Counted from the stretch's first letter, positions 18,844-29,435 are shown. The stretch is 64,000 nt of DNA from an uncultured Candidatus Bathyarchaeia archaeon (GCA_964491605.1 CAZBGY010000001.1:99461-163460); one strand, 5' to 3'. Program-made: numbers and translations. The notes: generated by a model from the letters alone, not told the origin.

Positions 18844-20544
18844 ATGGTTCATCTATACCGTATAGGGGGGATGGTTTTAAAGATAGCTGTTCTCGTAGCT
18901 ACGTTGATATTCGTATTGTTGCCATCGGTTTTCGTCGTTTCATTTATACCAGCAAACTGGGATGAGATACGCTACGAAGTTTTCGAGAATCCTATAATAG
19001 GTGATACCGGTTGGAAGCTCATACAATCTGTCCTCCTATTTTCGTTCAAGCTCTCGATTCTAACCGTCCTGATAGATATAGCTCTAGGTATACCTCTAGC
19101 TTATATGTTAGCCTATGGTAAATTCATAGGTAAATCCATGCTAGATGCGTTAATCTCCCTTCCGCTAGTAATACCTACATCTGGTTTCGGTTTCGCTACC
19201 CTCATATCTTGGACTACGAATATAGGTTTGGGAGGTATTCTAGGCTTAAAGACCGGGGTCATAGACATAACTAGTAGGATACCAGTATTCGATATACCTA
19301 TCCTACTGCTTCTAGTACACGTAGCGTTAACTCTTCCATACGTCGTTAAACCTCTTCAAGCAAGGTTCGTCGATATAAAATCTAGTCTAATGGAAGCTTC
19401 TCGTATCCTAGGTGCTAACCCATTCACATCTTTTAGGAAGATTATACTACCTTTATCGCTTCCAGCTCTTTTGTCAGGGTCTATAATGGCTCTAACTCGA
19501 TCCTTGGGTGAAACTGGGGCTACAATGATAGTTTCCGGTACATGCATTACAGCGGCGGTGGCAGTCGTTCGATGGGAGTTCGAATTCAAAATAGCTACAG
19601 CATCCTTTCTAGGAGCCATGCTAATACTATTAACGTGGGTCACGATACTCCCGTTAGAAATAACGATATCGCGTAGAGGCTGGGTTTCCCTACCAAAGAT
19701 TTTAGCTAGAATCGATATCGAGCGGAAAATCATAGCGTTGGAGGAGGCTATTTCTTCGAGGATTCTCTCTAGGATAGGGAAAGCCTCTATAGTTGCTATC
19801 TTAGCTATACTCGTAATGCTACCTATAATTTCTACGTTATACTCGGTTTGCATATATTGGGGTGGAGATCCGTTCACCGGTAGGATAGAGGGCGGTATAA
19901 TATATCAGATATTCACCGGTCCAGCTGGATATGGTTCCCTCCTATCTAGAGCTATGCTGACATCCTTCATAGTAGCGGGTTTATCCACATTTGTATCTGT
20001 GTGCATATCTATACCGTTAGTATATCTTATCGAGTGGTATCGTTTAGGAAGGCTTCTCAGAGCTATGCTTAAAATCCCCCTCGTCATACCTACATCCGCT
20101 CTAGGTATATCCTCGATGCTTCTATGGGGTCCTAGATTATTCAACCTTGTAACGCCTGGCTTATGGCTTATAGTGTTGACGCATGTAGTTTTCTCTGTAC
20201 CGGTTGTAGTCGAGTCTATAATAGCTGTATTTGAGGGATCGGATATACGGGATTGCGAGGATGTAGCTAGGACTCTAGGTGCTAAGCCTATAGAGTTAGC
20301 TGAGCTAGTATCTATACCGATGCTTAAAAGAGGTATCCTAACAGGCGCTATACTTTCGTTCACCCACTCTCTAGGTGAAACTGGTGCTACGTTCATAGTC
20401 ATGGGTGGAGATTATACGGTTTCAACCCTAGTCGTCACTATGGTGGAATCCCTAGCTATCCCGGCTGCTTTGTTCTCGACGTTGCTTCTCATAGCTTTCT
20501 CGTTGATGTTTATGTTTATGGTGAGGGTGATGGTAGGTGGATAG
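18844..20544 (+). CDS. ABC permease with two fused MetI-type domains (ModB/CysT/FbpB-like)
   Basis: Duplicated PLVIPTS, EAA loops (EASRILGA, DVARTLGA), SLGETGAT twice. Confidence 0.9.
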   Translation: MVHLYRIGGMVLKIAVLVATLIFVLLPSVFVVSFIPANWDEIRYEVFENPIIGDTGWKLIQSVLLFSFKLSILTVLIDIALGIPLAYMLAYGKFIGKSMLDALISLPLVIPTSGFGFATLISWTTNIGLGGILGLKTGVIDITSRIPVFDIPILLLLVHVALTLPYVVKPLQARFVDIKSSLMEASRILGANPFTSFRKIILPLSLPALLSGSIMALTRSLGETGATMIVSGTCITAAVAVVRWEFEFKIATASFLGAMLILLTWVTILPLEITISRRGWVSLPKILARIDIERKIIALEEAISSRILSRIGKASIVAILAILVMLPIISTLYSVCIYWGGDPFTGRIEGGIIYQIFTGPAGYGSLLSRAMLTSFIVAGLSTFVSVCISIPLVYLIEWYRLGRLLRAMLKIPLVIPTSALGISSMLLWGPRLFNLVTPGLWLIVLTHVVFSVPVVVESIIAVFEGSDIRDCEDVARTLGAKPIELAELVSIPMLKRGILTGAILSFTHSLGETGATFIVMGGDYTVSTLVVTMVESLAIPAALFSTLLLIAFSLMFMFMVRVMVGG

Positions 20545-21646
20545 CTTTCTGAAAGTATTCGATATCTGGAAGTTTTATTCGGGTAGAGCTATTCTGAAAG
20601 GTGTATCCTTCGAAGTGGGTAAGGGGGAGTATTTCGTCGTATTAGGGCCGACCGGTGCAGGTAAAACTACTCTCCTGAAGATATTGGCAGGTATAGTGCA
20701 TCCTGATAGGGGTGAAGTATCTATCGGCGGTAGATCCGTGATAGATGTACCCCCAGAGGAGAGGGGTATAGGGTATTTCCCTCAATTCTTCAACCTCTTC
20801 AATCATATGACCGTATGGGGGAACGTATATTTCCCACTCCTAGTGAGAGATGTCGATGCATTCGAAGCTGAGAAGATCTGTAGGGAGATACTAAGTCTTA
20901 TGCACTTGCTAGATAGGGCTGATTCTTATCCATATGAACTTTCAGGCGGCATGCGTCAGAGAGTAGCATTAGCTAGAGCATTAGCTACAGGAGCTGAGCT
21001 TCTACTTCTCGATGAACCTCTAAGTCAGTTAGATGCGAAGCTTTCGGTGGAATTGAGGAGGGAGCTGAAGAGTATCGCTAAGAGTTTAGGTAGAACCGTG
21101 GTGCATGTTACCAATAATGTTGAAGAAGCTGTAGAGCTAGCTGATAGGATAGCTGTGATGAACGATGGATGCATCGTTCAGATAGGGTCGTACGAGGAGT
21201 TACGTAGGAAGCCTAGAAACCTGTTCGTAGCATACTTCCTATCAGATGCAAATATACTTAGAGTTCATATTTTAGATCCGTATAATAGGATTCTCGGTTC
21301 TCCTACCGAAAATTGCTTTAAGTTTAAAGTAGAAACCTTACGAGAAGATATATTGAAGGATAAGGGTGAGGTTATTGCGTATATAGATGCAGAGGATATA
21401 AAGATCGATCCGCCGACTGACTCAGGATGGAATGTATTCGATGCTTTTGTCGAAGAAGTATTGTTCCATAGAGGTGAATATGTATGTATACTAAAGGTTT
21501 GCGGTGGAGCGGTTAAGCTTAGGATGAAGTCTATGGATGAAAGTTGGGTTGAAGCAGGTCTTAGGGTTAAGGTAGGGTTCAAAGCTTCGGATGTACATGT
21601 ATACGATGTTTCGGAGTACGAATCTATACCGTATCGCGAGGGGTAG
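20537..21646 (+). CDS. ABC transporter ATP-binding subunit 1 (C-terminal TOBE-like domain)
   Basis: GPTGAGKT, LSGGMRQR, LLLLDEP; H-loop reads HVTNN. Confidence 0.92.
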   Translation: MDSFLKVFDIWKFYSGRAILKGVSFEVGKGEYFVVLGPTGAGKTTLLKILAGIVHPDRGEVSIGGRSVIDVPPEERGIGYFPQFFNLFNHMTVWGNVYFPLLVRDVDAFEAEKICREILSLMHLLDRADSYPYELSGGMRQRVALARALATGAELLLLDEPLSQLDAKLSVELRRELKSIAKSLGRTVVHVTNNVEEAVELADRIAVMNDGCIVQIGSYEELRRKPRNLFVAYFLSDANILRVHILDPYNRILGSPTENCFKFKVETLREDILKDKGEVIAYIDAEDIKIDPPTDSGWNVFDAFVEEVLFHRGEYVCILKVCGGAVKLRMKSMDESWVEAGLRVKVGFKASDVHVYDVSEYESIPYREG

Positions 21647-21651
21647 AAATC

Positions 21652-22746
21652 TTGCCGCGTGTGGATGTGGTGAATGTATCTAAGAATTTTGGTGCGATCC
21701 AAGCTTTAAGTAGGGTGAATCTTACCGTAGATGATGGTAGCTATGTATGTTTTCTAGGTCCAAGTGGATGCGGTAAAACAACTCTTTTAAGGATTATAGC
21801 AGGATTCATAGAGCCTGATGAGGGTGATGTATACATAGATGGTAAATCGATGAAGGGTATCCCGCCGGAGAAGAGGGGTATAGGATTCGTATTCCAAGAT
21901 ATAGCTCTATTCCCTCATATGCGTATCGTGGATAATGTATCCTTCGGACCGGAAGTACGAAGATGGAGCTATAAAGATGCTTTGAAAGCGGCTCTATCCT
22001 GTCTAGAGAAGGTTAGAGTGGATCTAGATCACAGTATATATCCTATGGAGGTGAGCGGTGGTGTAGCTCAGCTTGTCTCTATAGCTAGAGCTTTAGCCGT
22101 TAAATCTAAACTTCTACTCCTCGATGAACCGTTAGGTGCATTGGATCCTAAGATGAGAATCTATATGAAGTATAGGCTTAGAGAGATCGTTAAAAGTTTC
22201 GGTTTAACAGCGATTCACGTCACTCACGATCAAGATGAGGCTTTATCGATCGCGGATAAAGTAGTGGTTATGCGTAGAGGTAAAATCATTCAAACCGGTT
22301 CACCTAAAGAACTATACTGGAAGCCTAAAAGCTTATTCGTAGCATACTTTGTAGGTGAAGCTAACATCATAGAGGTGGTTGCTAGATATAGCGATGGATC
22401 ATACATAGCCGATGGAGGTGGGTTTAAGCTTGTATGCGGATGGGTACCTAACCCAATCGAGGAGGGTAGAAGAGCAGTTCTAGCAGTTAGACCTGAAGCC
22501 TTCAGGATTATCGATCAACCTATGGAGAAGAATACTCTAAGGGTGGAAGTATCATCGGCTAAACGTATCGGTAGACTCCTCCATCTAGATATCCTGCTAC
22601 CCGGTAGCATCCATGTAAAAGCTAAGATAAAGTCAGATGCGAATATAGAACCAGGCTCCAAGATATATGTTAAGATACCTGAAGATAGATGCTTTCTATA
22701 CCCGTATCCTAAGGAAGGGTTGGAGGAGGAGATTTCACCAGTATAG
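21652..22746 (+). CDS. ABC transporter ATP-binding subunit 2 (C-terminal TOBE-like domain)
   Basis: GPSGCGKT, VSGGVAQ, LLLLDEP, HVTHDQDEA. Confidence 0.92.
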   Translation: MPRVDVVNVSKNFGAIQALSRVNLTVDDGSYVCFLGPSGCGKTTLLRIIAGFIEPDEGDVYIDGKSMKGIPPEKRGIGFVFQDIALFPHMRIVDNVSFGPEVRRWSYKDALKAALSCLEKVRVDLDHSIYPMEVSGGVAQLVSIARALAVKSKLLLLDEPLGALDPKMRIYMKYRLREIVKSFGLTAIHVTHDQDEALSIADKVVVMRRGKIIQTGSPKELYWKPKSLFVAYFVGEANIIEVVARYSDGSYIADGGGFKLVCGWVPNPIEEGRRAVLAVRPEAFRIIDQPMEKNTLRVEVSSAKRIGRLLHLDILLPGSIHVKAKIKSDANIEPGSKIYVKIPEDRCFLYPYPKEGLEEEISPV

Positions 22747-22750
22747 AACC

Positions 22751-23752
22751 CTAAAGTACCTCATTCCTTCTATCTATGATATCCTCCACCCTAGGTCCAG
22801 TACCTATAAGAGTTACAGGTATTTTAACCTCAGATTCCACGCTTTCGATAAATACTCTAGCCTCTCTAGGTAGATCCTCGAATCTTCTAGCATACGCTGC
22901 TTCAGGGTATAAGCTATCAAGCTTAGTTATAGCTAGCTGAGTTGCACTATTAAGCATAACAGCTCTCTTAGCGAGTTTAAAATCGAATGGAGCGGATCTA
23001 CGAACCCTACCTGTAACCGTAGCTACCTCCAACCAGCCTCTACGCCTAGCTTCCTCCTCGCTTAACTCCCCCTCCAATGGGCCTTTACCTACACGCGTAA
23101 CATAGGATTTGAATACGAGTATAACTTCATCCACCCTCTTAGGGCCTATACCGACTTCACTGCATATAGCTGACGCAGTCGTATCCCTACTAGTGACATA
23201 GGGGTATGTTCCATGTATAAGCGATAGGTATGTCCCCTGAGTACCTTCGAGTAAGACCTTACCGCCTCTATCCAGAATCTCGTTCACCCTTAAAGCTACA
23301 TCGTCTATGTACGGTTTAAGCTCATCCATCTCTGAGACTAGTTTAGCTATACGTTTAACTCTATCCTCCTGTGCTGGACCTACACCTTGGCCTGTAGTAC
23401 CTATCCTCCCCCCTTCACTCCTATCCCTCTCTATATGTATCGGCTCTATGACGGAAGCCTGTCTATCTATCCAGACCCTTCCATCTACTCCTGTAAGCTT
23501 AACCTCCTCTAAAAATATCGATGGATTAACGTTACATCCAGCTGCAAGGTATAGTCTCGTCTTAGGATTTATAAAGCCGCTTGGAATCATCCTCAGCTTA
23601 TATGTTACGCCACCCCACACAACGGTGTGACCTGCGTTAACGGAGCCCGTTCTAACGTTAGCATCCACATCATCTTTAATAGCTATGTACGATGTTATCT
23701 TACCCTTACCCTCATCCCCGAAGAATCCTCCGACTATAACCATACACGTCAT
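22751..23752 (-). CDS. purA: Adenylosuccinate synthetase (short archaeal type)
   Basis: GDEGKGK, NAGHT, IGTTG.G.GP, EGTQG, TVTGR.RR, TKLD. Confidence 0.97.
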   Translation of the reverse strand: MTCMVIVGGFFGDEGKGKITSYIAIKDDVDANVRTGSVNAGHTVVWGGVTYKLRMIPSGFINPKTRLYLAAGCNVNPSIFLEEVKLTGVDGRVWIDRQASVIEPIHIERDRSEGGRIGTTGQGVGPAQEDRVKRIAKLVSEMDELKPYIDDVALRVNEILDRGGKVLLEGTQGTYLSLIHGTYPYVTSRDTTASAICSEVGIGPKRVDEVILVFKSYVTRVGKGPLEGELSEEEARRRGWLEVATVTGRVRRSAPFDFKLAKRAVMLNSATQLAITKLDSLYPEAAYARRFEDLPREARVFIESVESEVKIPVTLIGTGPRVEDIIDRRNEVL

Positions 23753-23782
23753 ACTTACACACAGCTCCAGATGCCGGCTCCC

Positions 23783-24673
23783 TCATTTTAAAGCTTCGCT
23801 TAAATAAAGCTTGTAGGGTCCAAGCTTTCCTCCATAGTTAGCTGTAGTTATATACTTCACCCCATCTACATGTGAAGCTGCTTCTATACCTACCTTAAGA
23901 GCATTCCTTACAGAATCGAATGAAAGACCGTTGATGACTATTTCGTATACAGAATTCACGCCCTCAGGTATCTTAGTCCCATCCACTTGATCTCTTATAG
24001 TCGGGCAGAATAAATGGTTCGTAGAAGCTCTAAGCTTATACTTTAAGCTTCCAACCTTAGAACCAGATCTGCATATACCACCCGGGAAAGGTAGGATTAC
24101 ACCCTCTATTTTACTTATAGCCTCTACAGATGCCTCGGCAGCTTTTAAACCTGAAGCCCTATCGCTTGCAAGTATCAAGAACATACCTCCTGCAACACCT
24201 CTAACTACACCTAAGCTTTCTTCTACAATGAATTCCCCCTCCATAACTGGTATGCGCCAAACCTTCCTGCCTCCTATATTGTCCTCCCTCTGAAATCCAT
24301 CACCGAAGGTCGATAAGCTTTTACCCACCTTAAACCTCCTTCTAGCATCTTTAAGCCCATCGAATAAAGCAGTCGTAGGACATGTAAGTATGCATTGCCC
24401 TATCCTGAATAGAAGTTGAGCCCTCAGCATTACTCTATCAGTATGGTAGATCTGCGCGTAGACACCGGGTCTACCGTCAGGTGTATCCTCAGGTTTCACC
24501 CCCTCTACCCCAGCTTCAGCCGGCGACATTATTATCGATGTAGCGAACCCTGTAGCTACACGCCCAGCTGTTAGAGCCCACTCATACGTATCAGCTGTTA
24601 TTAGAAGTCTAGAAACCCACATAGGAAACATTTCTGTGAAATCATCTATAAGCTCAGCTACACCTACCTTCAC
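23783..24673 (-). CDS. ftr: Formylmethanofuran--tetrahydromethanopterin N-formyltransferase
   Basis: ATGFATSII..PAEAG, TPDGRPG, RIGQCILTCPTT, FGDG, PFPGGICRSGSKVGS, EIVING, NYGGKLG. Confidence 0.95.
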   Translation of the reverse strand: MKVGVAELIDDFTEMFPMWVSRLLITADTYEWALTAGRVATGFATSIIMSPAEAGVEGVKPEDTPDGRPGVYAQIYHTDRVMLRAQLLFRIGQCILTCPTTALFDGLKDARRRFKVGKSLSTFGDGFQREDNIGGRKVWRIPVMEGEFIVEESLGVVRGVAGGMFLILASDRASGLKAAEASVEAISKIEGVILPFPGGICRSGSKVGSLKYKLRASTNHLFCPTIRDQVDGTKIPEGVNSVYEIVINGLSFDSVRNALKVGIEAASHVDGVKYITTANYGGKLGPYKLYLSEALK

Positions 24674-24721
24674 AGAGGGTCACCGGAAACCACATTTAAG
24701 AATTCAGGTTAAAGAATTTAA

Positions 24722-25258
24722 CTATGTAGGCTCCATAGACTCCGCTATCTCAAGCATCTCCCTCTTCTTCTCTTCATCCACATAAACTGCTACGAAACCT
24801 AAGCGTGGCTGCCCATACATTATAAGCGACCCTACAGGCATGAGAATAACGAGAGGAATTACCATGAGGTCTTCCTCTCCATCTATCCAAACCCATACAG
24901 ATCCATTATATCTGATAGCCTTCTCCAAAACTTCGACACTCTCCCTAGTTATAAATCCCGGTGGATTCATAGCTCTAAATACGATATCAACATTCACAGC
25001 AGTACTTAACCCTGCTGTACTTCTCATAATCTTTCCATCCGCGACATAAATCTTAACGGGTATGCCTGCTGCTATAGCCATACTAGATACGACATCGCCT
25101 ACGACCGCTATCATCCTAGGTTTAATCTCCTCCACGATTTCTCTCATCTTCTTAACATTACCTTCAGGTGAACCTTTTACAAGCCTACCTACTGGGTTCT
25201 TTAATATTTCTCTAAGATTGGTTGTTAGTCGTCTATCGAATCTGAATATTTCCCACAT
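24722..25258 (-). CDS. GTP-dependent dephospho-CoA kinase (DUF359)
   Basis: LK.P.G, VGDVV, DGK..R, NPPG.IT, DGEEDL, YGQP. Confidence 0.9.
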   Translation of the reverse strand: MWEIFRFDRRLTTNLREILKNPVGRLVKGSPEGNVKKMREIVEEIKPRMIAVVGDVVSSMAIAAGIPVKIYVADGKIMRSTAGLSTAVNVDIVFRAMNPPGFITRESVEVLEKAIRYNGSVWVWIDGEEDLMVIPLVILMPVGSLIMYGQPRLGFVAVYVDEEKKREMLEIAESMEPT

Positions 25259-25331
25259 AAGCTGATACCCCTCGGCTTCACACTAAATTTTATATAATCA
25301 TTGCTGGTAATCAATTAAACTTGTAGTTGGG

Positions 25332-26081
25332 GTGGTCTCTCTGGGAGCATCATCCGAATATGTAGTAAGGGTTGAGGATCTACGTAAAATATATGTGCTA
25401 AAGGGTGAGGAAGTTCATGCTTTAAGAGGGCTTAACTTAGATGTAAGCAAAGGCGAGTATATATCGATCATGGGTCCAAGCGGATCTGGTAAGACAACCC
25501 TATTCAACATGATCGGTGGACTTGATACACCATCTTCAGGGCGAGTACTCATAGAAAACGTGGATATCGCTAAGATGAATCCTAAAGAGAAGGCCTGGTT
25601 AAGATGCCATAGGATCGGCTACATATTCCAAACATTCAATCTAATCCCGGTATTAACCGCGCTAGATAATGTAGCCCTCCCTATGATATTTGCAGGTAAA
25701 TCTAAACAGGAACGTGAGAAGAAGGCTAGGGAGCTTCTTGAAACTGTTGGTTTAGGTGATCGTTTGAATCATAGACCGACGGAGCTTTCTGGTGGTCAAC
25801 AGCAGAGGGTAGCTATAGCTAGAGCCCTAGCTAATGACCCGGTTATAGTTCTCGCAGACGAGCCTACCGGAAACCTAGACTTAACAACCGGTTTCGCTAT
25901 AGTTCAGCTTCTGTATAGACTTAAAGCCGAGAAAGGTGTGACCGTTATATGCGCTACGCATGATCTTAAGATGATAGATGTATCCGATCGTATAGCATGG
26001 ATTAGAGATGGACTAATAGAAAGGATCGAGGAGAGACGTTCGGTAACGTTAACAGGTGAAGAGCTACCCATAGAGGTATAG
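25332..26081 (+). CDS. ABC ATP-binding protein, LolD/MacB-like, with no adjacent permease
   Basis: GPSGSGKT, IGYIFQTFNL, LSGGQQQRVAIARAL, ADEPTGNLD. Confidence 0.93.
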   Translation: MVSLGASSEYVVRVEDLRKIYVLKGEEVHALRGLNLDVSKGEYISIMGPSGSGKTTLFNMIGGLDTPSSGRVLIENVDIAKMNPKEKAWLRCHRIGYIFQTFNLIPVLTALDNVALPMIFAGKSKQEREKKARELLETVGLGDRLNHRPTELSGGQQQRVAIARALANDPVIVLADEPTGNLDLTTGFAIVQLLYRLKAEKGVTVICATHDLKMIDVSDRIAWIRDGLIERIEERRSVTLTGEELPIEV

Positions 26082-26104
26082 TAGCTAGTAATGCGCGTTT
26101 GAAT

Positions 26105-26458
26105 CTAAGGCTGAAGCTTATTATGGAAGCAGCTTCTAAAACCTTCATGGCATGCTACACCTATTTGCTCAACTTTAAGAAGTACTGTATCGTAATCGCA
26201 GTCTAAAACTATATCCACGATTTTCTGTACATTACCTGAGGTTTCCCCCTTCATCCATAATTCCCCTCTGGATATGCTCCAATAATGTGCTAGCCCAGTA
26301 GTCAGAGTTTTCACAAAAGCTTCTCTATTCATGAATGCGACCATGAGGACTTCATTTGTAAAGGCATCTTGAGCTACGGCTACTATCAATCCTCCAAACC
26401 TAAACCGTAGTTTATCTGCTATCTTCTCAGCATCTTCGATCCTTAACTTCATATACAC
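26105..26458 (-). CDS. hisI: Phosphoribosyl-AMP cyclohydrolase
   Basis: LW.KGETSGN.Q, DCDYD, ACHEG..SCF. Confidence 0.95.
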   Translation of the reverse strand: MYMKLRIEDAEKIADKLRFRFGGLIVAVAQDAFTNEVLMVAFMNREAFVKTLTTGLAHYWSISRGELWMKGETSGNVQKIVDIVLDCDYDTVLLKVEQIGVACHEGFRSCFHNKLQP

Positions 26459-26503
26459 CCTCCTTCGCAGACTCGGTATCCTGTAGATAAGCCATGCGTG
26501 ATC

Positions 26504-26785
26504 TTAACGTCTCCTCCTCATAAACTCTAAGGGTACAGCATCGGATGGTATCTTTTTATATACGAGTAGAACCAGTATATGGAAGATTAGATCCGCGGCT
26601 TCGTGGATTACTCCATGCTTACCATTCATAGCGGCTTCCATCAGTTCCTCGGCTTCCTCGCTTACCTTGTTCAGTATACTTTCGATACCCCCTGCTATAA
26701 GTTTGGATGTATATGATTCAGCTCTAGGATTATCTCTCCTATCTTCTAGAATCTTGTATATTTCATCCAGTATACTCCAACTCAA
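26504..26785 (-). CDS. hisE: Phosphoribosyl-ATP diphosphatase
   Basis: SYTSKL, KVSEEAEE, EAADLIFH. Confidence 0.95.
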   Translation of the reverse strand: MSWSILDEIYKILEDRRDNPRAESYTSKLIAGGIESILNKVSEEAEELMEAAMNGKHGVIHEAADLIFHILVLLVYKKIPSDAVPLEFMRRRR

Positions 26786-28067
26786 CTCGATTCACATCCC
26801 CTAGTCTAGATTCGACGGCTTTGCGATGCATATAGAAACCTTCAACTTCAGCGAGTTTGAGGGCTACCGCGGCAATTCTCTTAAATCCCTCATGTGATAC
26901 TTTCTGAACGGTTATATGTTTCATGAAATCATATACGGATAGTCCTGATGAGAATCTACCAGATCCTCCTACTGGTAGTATGTGATTCCCTCCTGTAGCA
27001 TAATCCGAAAGAGCTGCTGATGAAAAGCTACCTATCAATAATGTCCCGCAACTCTGACATCTCTCAATCAAATCTACAGGTATCTCTCTTAGGTGTACTT
27101 CTAGATGTTCAGGGGCATAACTATATACGAAGTTTAAAGCTTCATCTAGATCGGATGCGATAAGTATGGTTAAACCATCGATGGATATCATCTTCTCAGG
27201 TATACTCGAAAGATAACCTTCTATGATTCTAGTTACCTCCAGAGCATAATCCTTGGATAACGTTAATAGTATAGCTCTACTACCAGGACCATGTTCAAGC
27301 TGAGCTATCAGATCCAAAGCTATATACTCGGCTTTAGTCGATCCATCTGTTAAAACCATTATCTCGCTCGGACCTGTAGGTGTATCCAATCCTACAATGC
27401 CATACAGTAGACGTTTAGCTGTAGCTACATATACGTTCCCAGGACCGATTATCTTATCGACTTTAGGTATACTCTCGGTACCGAAAGCCATAGCTGCTAT
27501 CGCTTGGGCACCTCCTATTTGAAATACTCTATCCACTCCTGCTATAGCTAAAGCTGCTAATAGATACGGATTCAACCCTTTAGGTTTAGGAGGCGTGCAG
27601 ACTATAATCTCCTGTACACCAGCAATTCTAGCTGGAGCCGAAGCCATAAGTACCGTAGAAGGATATGGATGTAAGCCTCCAGGTACATATAACCCTACCC
27701 TCCTTAATGGTACCCATATAAACTCTAACCTGACACCAGGTACTATCTCGACTTCAAACCCGTTTGGAAGCTGCATATTATGGAACTTCAGTAATCTATC
27801 ATACATTTCCTCAAGTATTGCTATATAATCTTCAGGTACTATGGATAACGCCTCATCCATCTTCTCTTTAGGTATTTCCATTTCATCTCTAGATATTTTC
27901 ACGTAGTCAAACTTCTCTGTATAATTTATGAGTGCTCGATCCCCTTCAATCCTTACATCCTCTATTATCCTCCTCACGCATTCTTCTACTTCAAAATCTA
28001 TGTTATACCTCCTCTCCGCGTCGAAGCCTACTTCTGATACGGTATAAATCTCGATTACCATAAGCAT
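26763..28067 (-). CDS. hisD: Histidinol dehydrogenase
   Basis: GLYVPGG, GGAQAIAA, GPGNVYV, GPSE, AQLEH, APEHL, DYATGGNHILP. Confidence 0.96.
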   Translation of the reverse strand: MLMVIEIYTVSEVGFDAERRYNIDFEVEECVRRIIEDVRIEGDRALINYTEKFDYVKISRDEMEIPKEKMDEALSIVPEDYIAILEEMYDRLLKFHNMQLPNGFEVEIVPGVRLEFIWVPLRRVGLYVPGGLHPYPSTVLMASAPARIAGVQEIIVCTPPKPKGLNPYLLAALAIAGVDRVFQIGGAQAIAAMAFGTESIPKVDKIIGPGNVYVATAKRLLYGIVGLDTPTGPSEIMVLTDGSTKAEYIALDLIAQLEHGPGSRAILLTLSKDYALEVTRIIEGYLSSIPEKMISIDGLTILIASDLDEALNFVYSYAPEHLEVHLREIPVDLIERCQSCGTLLIGSFSSAALSDYATGGNHILPVGGSGRFSSGLSVYDFMKHITVQKVSHEGFKRIAAVALKLAEVEGFYMHRKAVESRLGDVNRVELEYTG

Positions 28068-28085
28068 CTATCCTAATCTTAATAA

Positions 28086-28844
28086 TCATAACTTAACAGG
28101 TATACCTTTCGAAGCTAGGTATAGCTTAATATCTCTAACACTGTATTCGCCATAGTGGAATATCGAAGCAGCTAACGCGGCATCCGCTTTCCCATTTGTT
28201 AACACTTCGTAAATATGCTCAGGTTTCCCCGCTCCACCTGAAGCTATCACAGGTATATCTACCGCTTCAGCTATTCTACGAGTTAGCTCGATATCATATC
28301 CTTCCCTAGTTCCATCTGTATCTATGCTTGTTAATAGTATCTCGCATGCGCCTAATTCTTCTACTCTAATAGCCCAATCCACCGCATCTAGACCAGTAGG
28401 CTTACTGCCTCCATATATATATACCCCCCATCTATTAGTCGCCTCCTTCTTAGCATCTATAGCTACTATGATATGTCGACTACCATATAGCGATACGGCT
28501 TCTTCTATAAGCATAGGATTCTCGACGGCGGCTGTATTTATAGAGACTTTATCCGCACCGTTTTCTAGGAGTAATCCTATCTGATCGACACTCTTGACAC
28601 CTCCGCCTACGATCAACGGTATATCTATGCTAGACGATATCTTCTTTACGATATCGATCGAGATACCTCTCCTTTCAAGCGAAGCGGATACATCCAGTAA
28701 TGCTATCTCATCAGCACCCTGCTCCTCGTATAACTTAGCTTTCTTAACCGGGTCCCCTATAATCTTCAGGTCGCAGAATTTCACTCCTTTAACTAGTATA
28801 CCGCTCTTAGTATCCAAACATGGTATTATCCTTTTGAACCCCAT
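28086..28844 (-). CDS. hisF: Imidazole glycerol phosphate synthase, cyclase subunit
   Basis: [44 protein letters not shown]. Confidence 0.96.
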   Translation of the reverse strand: MGFKRIIPCLDTKSGILVKGVKFCDLKIIGDPVKKAKLYEEQGADEIALLDVSASLERRGISIDIVKKISSSIDIPLIVGGGVKSVDQIGLLLENGADKVSINTAAVENPMLIEEAVSLYGSRHIIVAIDAKKEATNRWGVYIYGGSKPTGLDAVDWAIRVEELGACEILLTSIDTDGTREGYDIELTRRIAEAVDIPVIASGGAGKPEHIYEVLTNGKADAALAASIFHYGEYSVRDIKLYLASKGIPVKL

Positions 28845-29435
28845 CTATCTTAGAACCCCCTTCCTGCTCATAATCTTATCCGCAACTCTCTTATCTGATT
28901 CTGCAGCGTATCTTAAAGCTTTCCCTAAGGCTTTAAACAATGCTTCAGCCTTATGGTGATCATCTAATCCATAGATGATCCTAGCATGTATATTCATCCT
29001 ACCATTATACGCTAGAGATTCTAGTATATGCCTAATAAGGTGTGATGATAGATCCCCTATCCTATCGGATAGGAATTCCCCCTTGAATTTGAGATACGGT
29101 CTTCCACCTAGATCCACCGCTGCAAAAGCTAACGTATCATCCATAGGTATGAAACTGAAGCCGAACCTTCCTATACCCTTCCTATCGCCTAATGCCTGGT
29201 CTATAGCTTTACCTAGGGTTATCGCTGTATCCTCAGCTATATGATGTTCATCAAATCTATCTGTATACGTACTTTTCACTTTTATATCTATTAGACTGTA
29301 TAGTGATAGGGTCTCTACTAGATGGTTTAGAAACGATATTCCAGTATCTACGCTAGCTTCACCAGTACCATCTATATTCACGTATACTTCTACCTTCGTC
29401 TCGTTCGTCTCTCTTTTAACAGAAGCTATACGCAT
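28845..29435 (-). CDS. hisB: Imidazoleglycerol-phosphate dehydratase
   Basis: RETNET, DEHHIAED, PMDD, DDHHKAEALFKA. Confidence 0.96.
   Translation of the reverse strand: MRIASVKRETNETKVEVYVNIDGTGEASVDTGISFLNHLVETLSLYSLIDIKVKSTYTDRFDEHHIAEDTAITLGKAIDQALGDRKGIGRFGFSFIPMDDTLAFAAVDLGGRPYLKFKGEFLSDRIGDLSSHLIRHILESLAYNGRMNIHARIIYGLDDHHKAEALFKALGKALRYAAESDKRVADKIMSRKGVLR

Noticed and set aside
26459-26503. Residual hisH fragment between hisE and hisI
   Set aside because: The frames I translated show no glutaminase motif.
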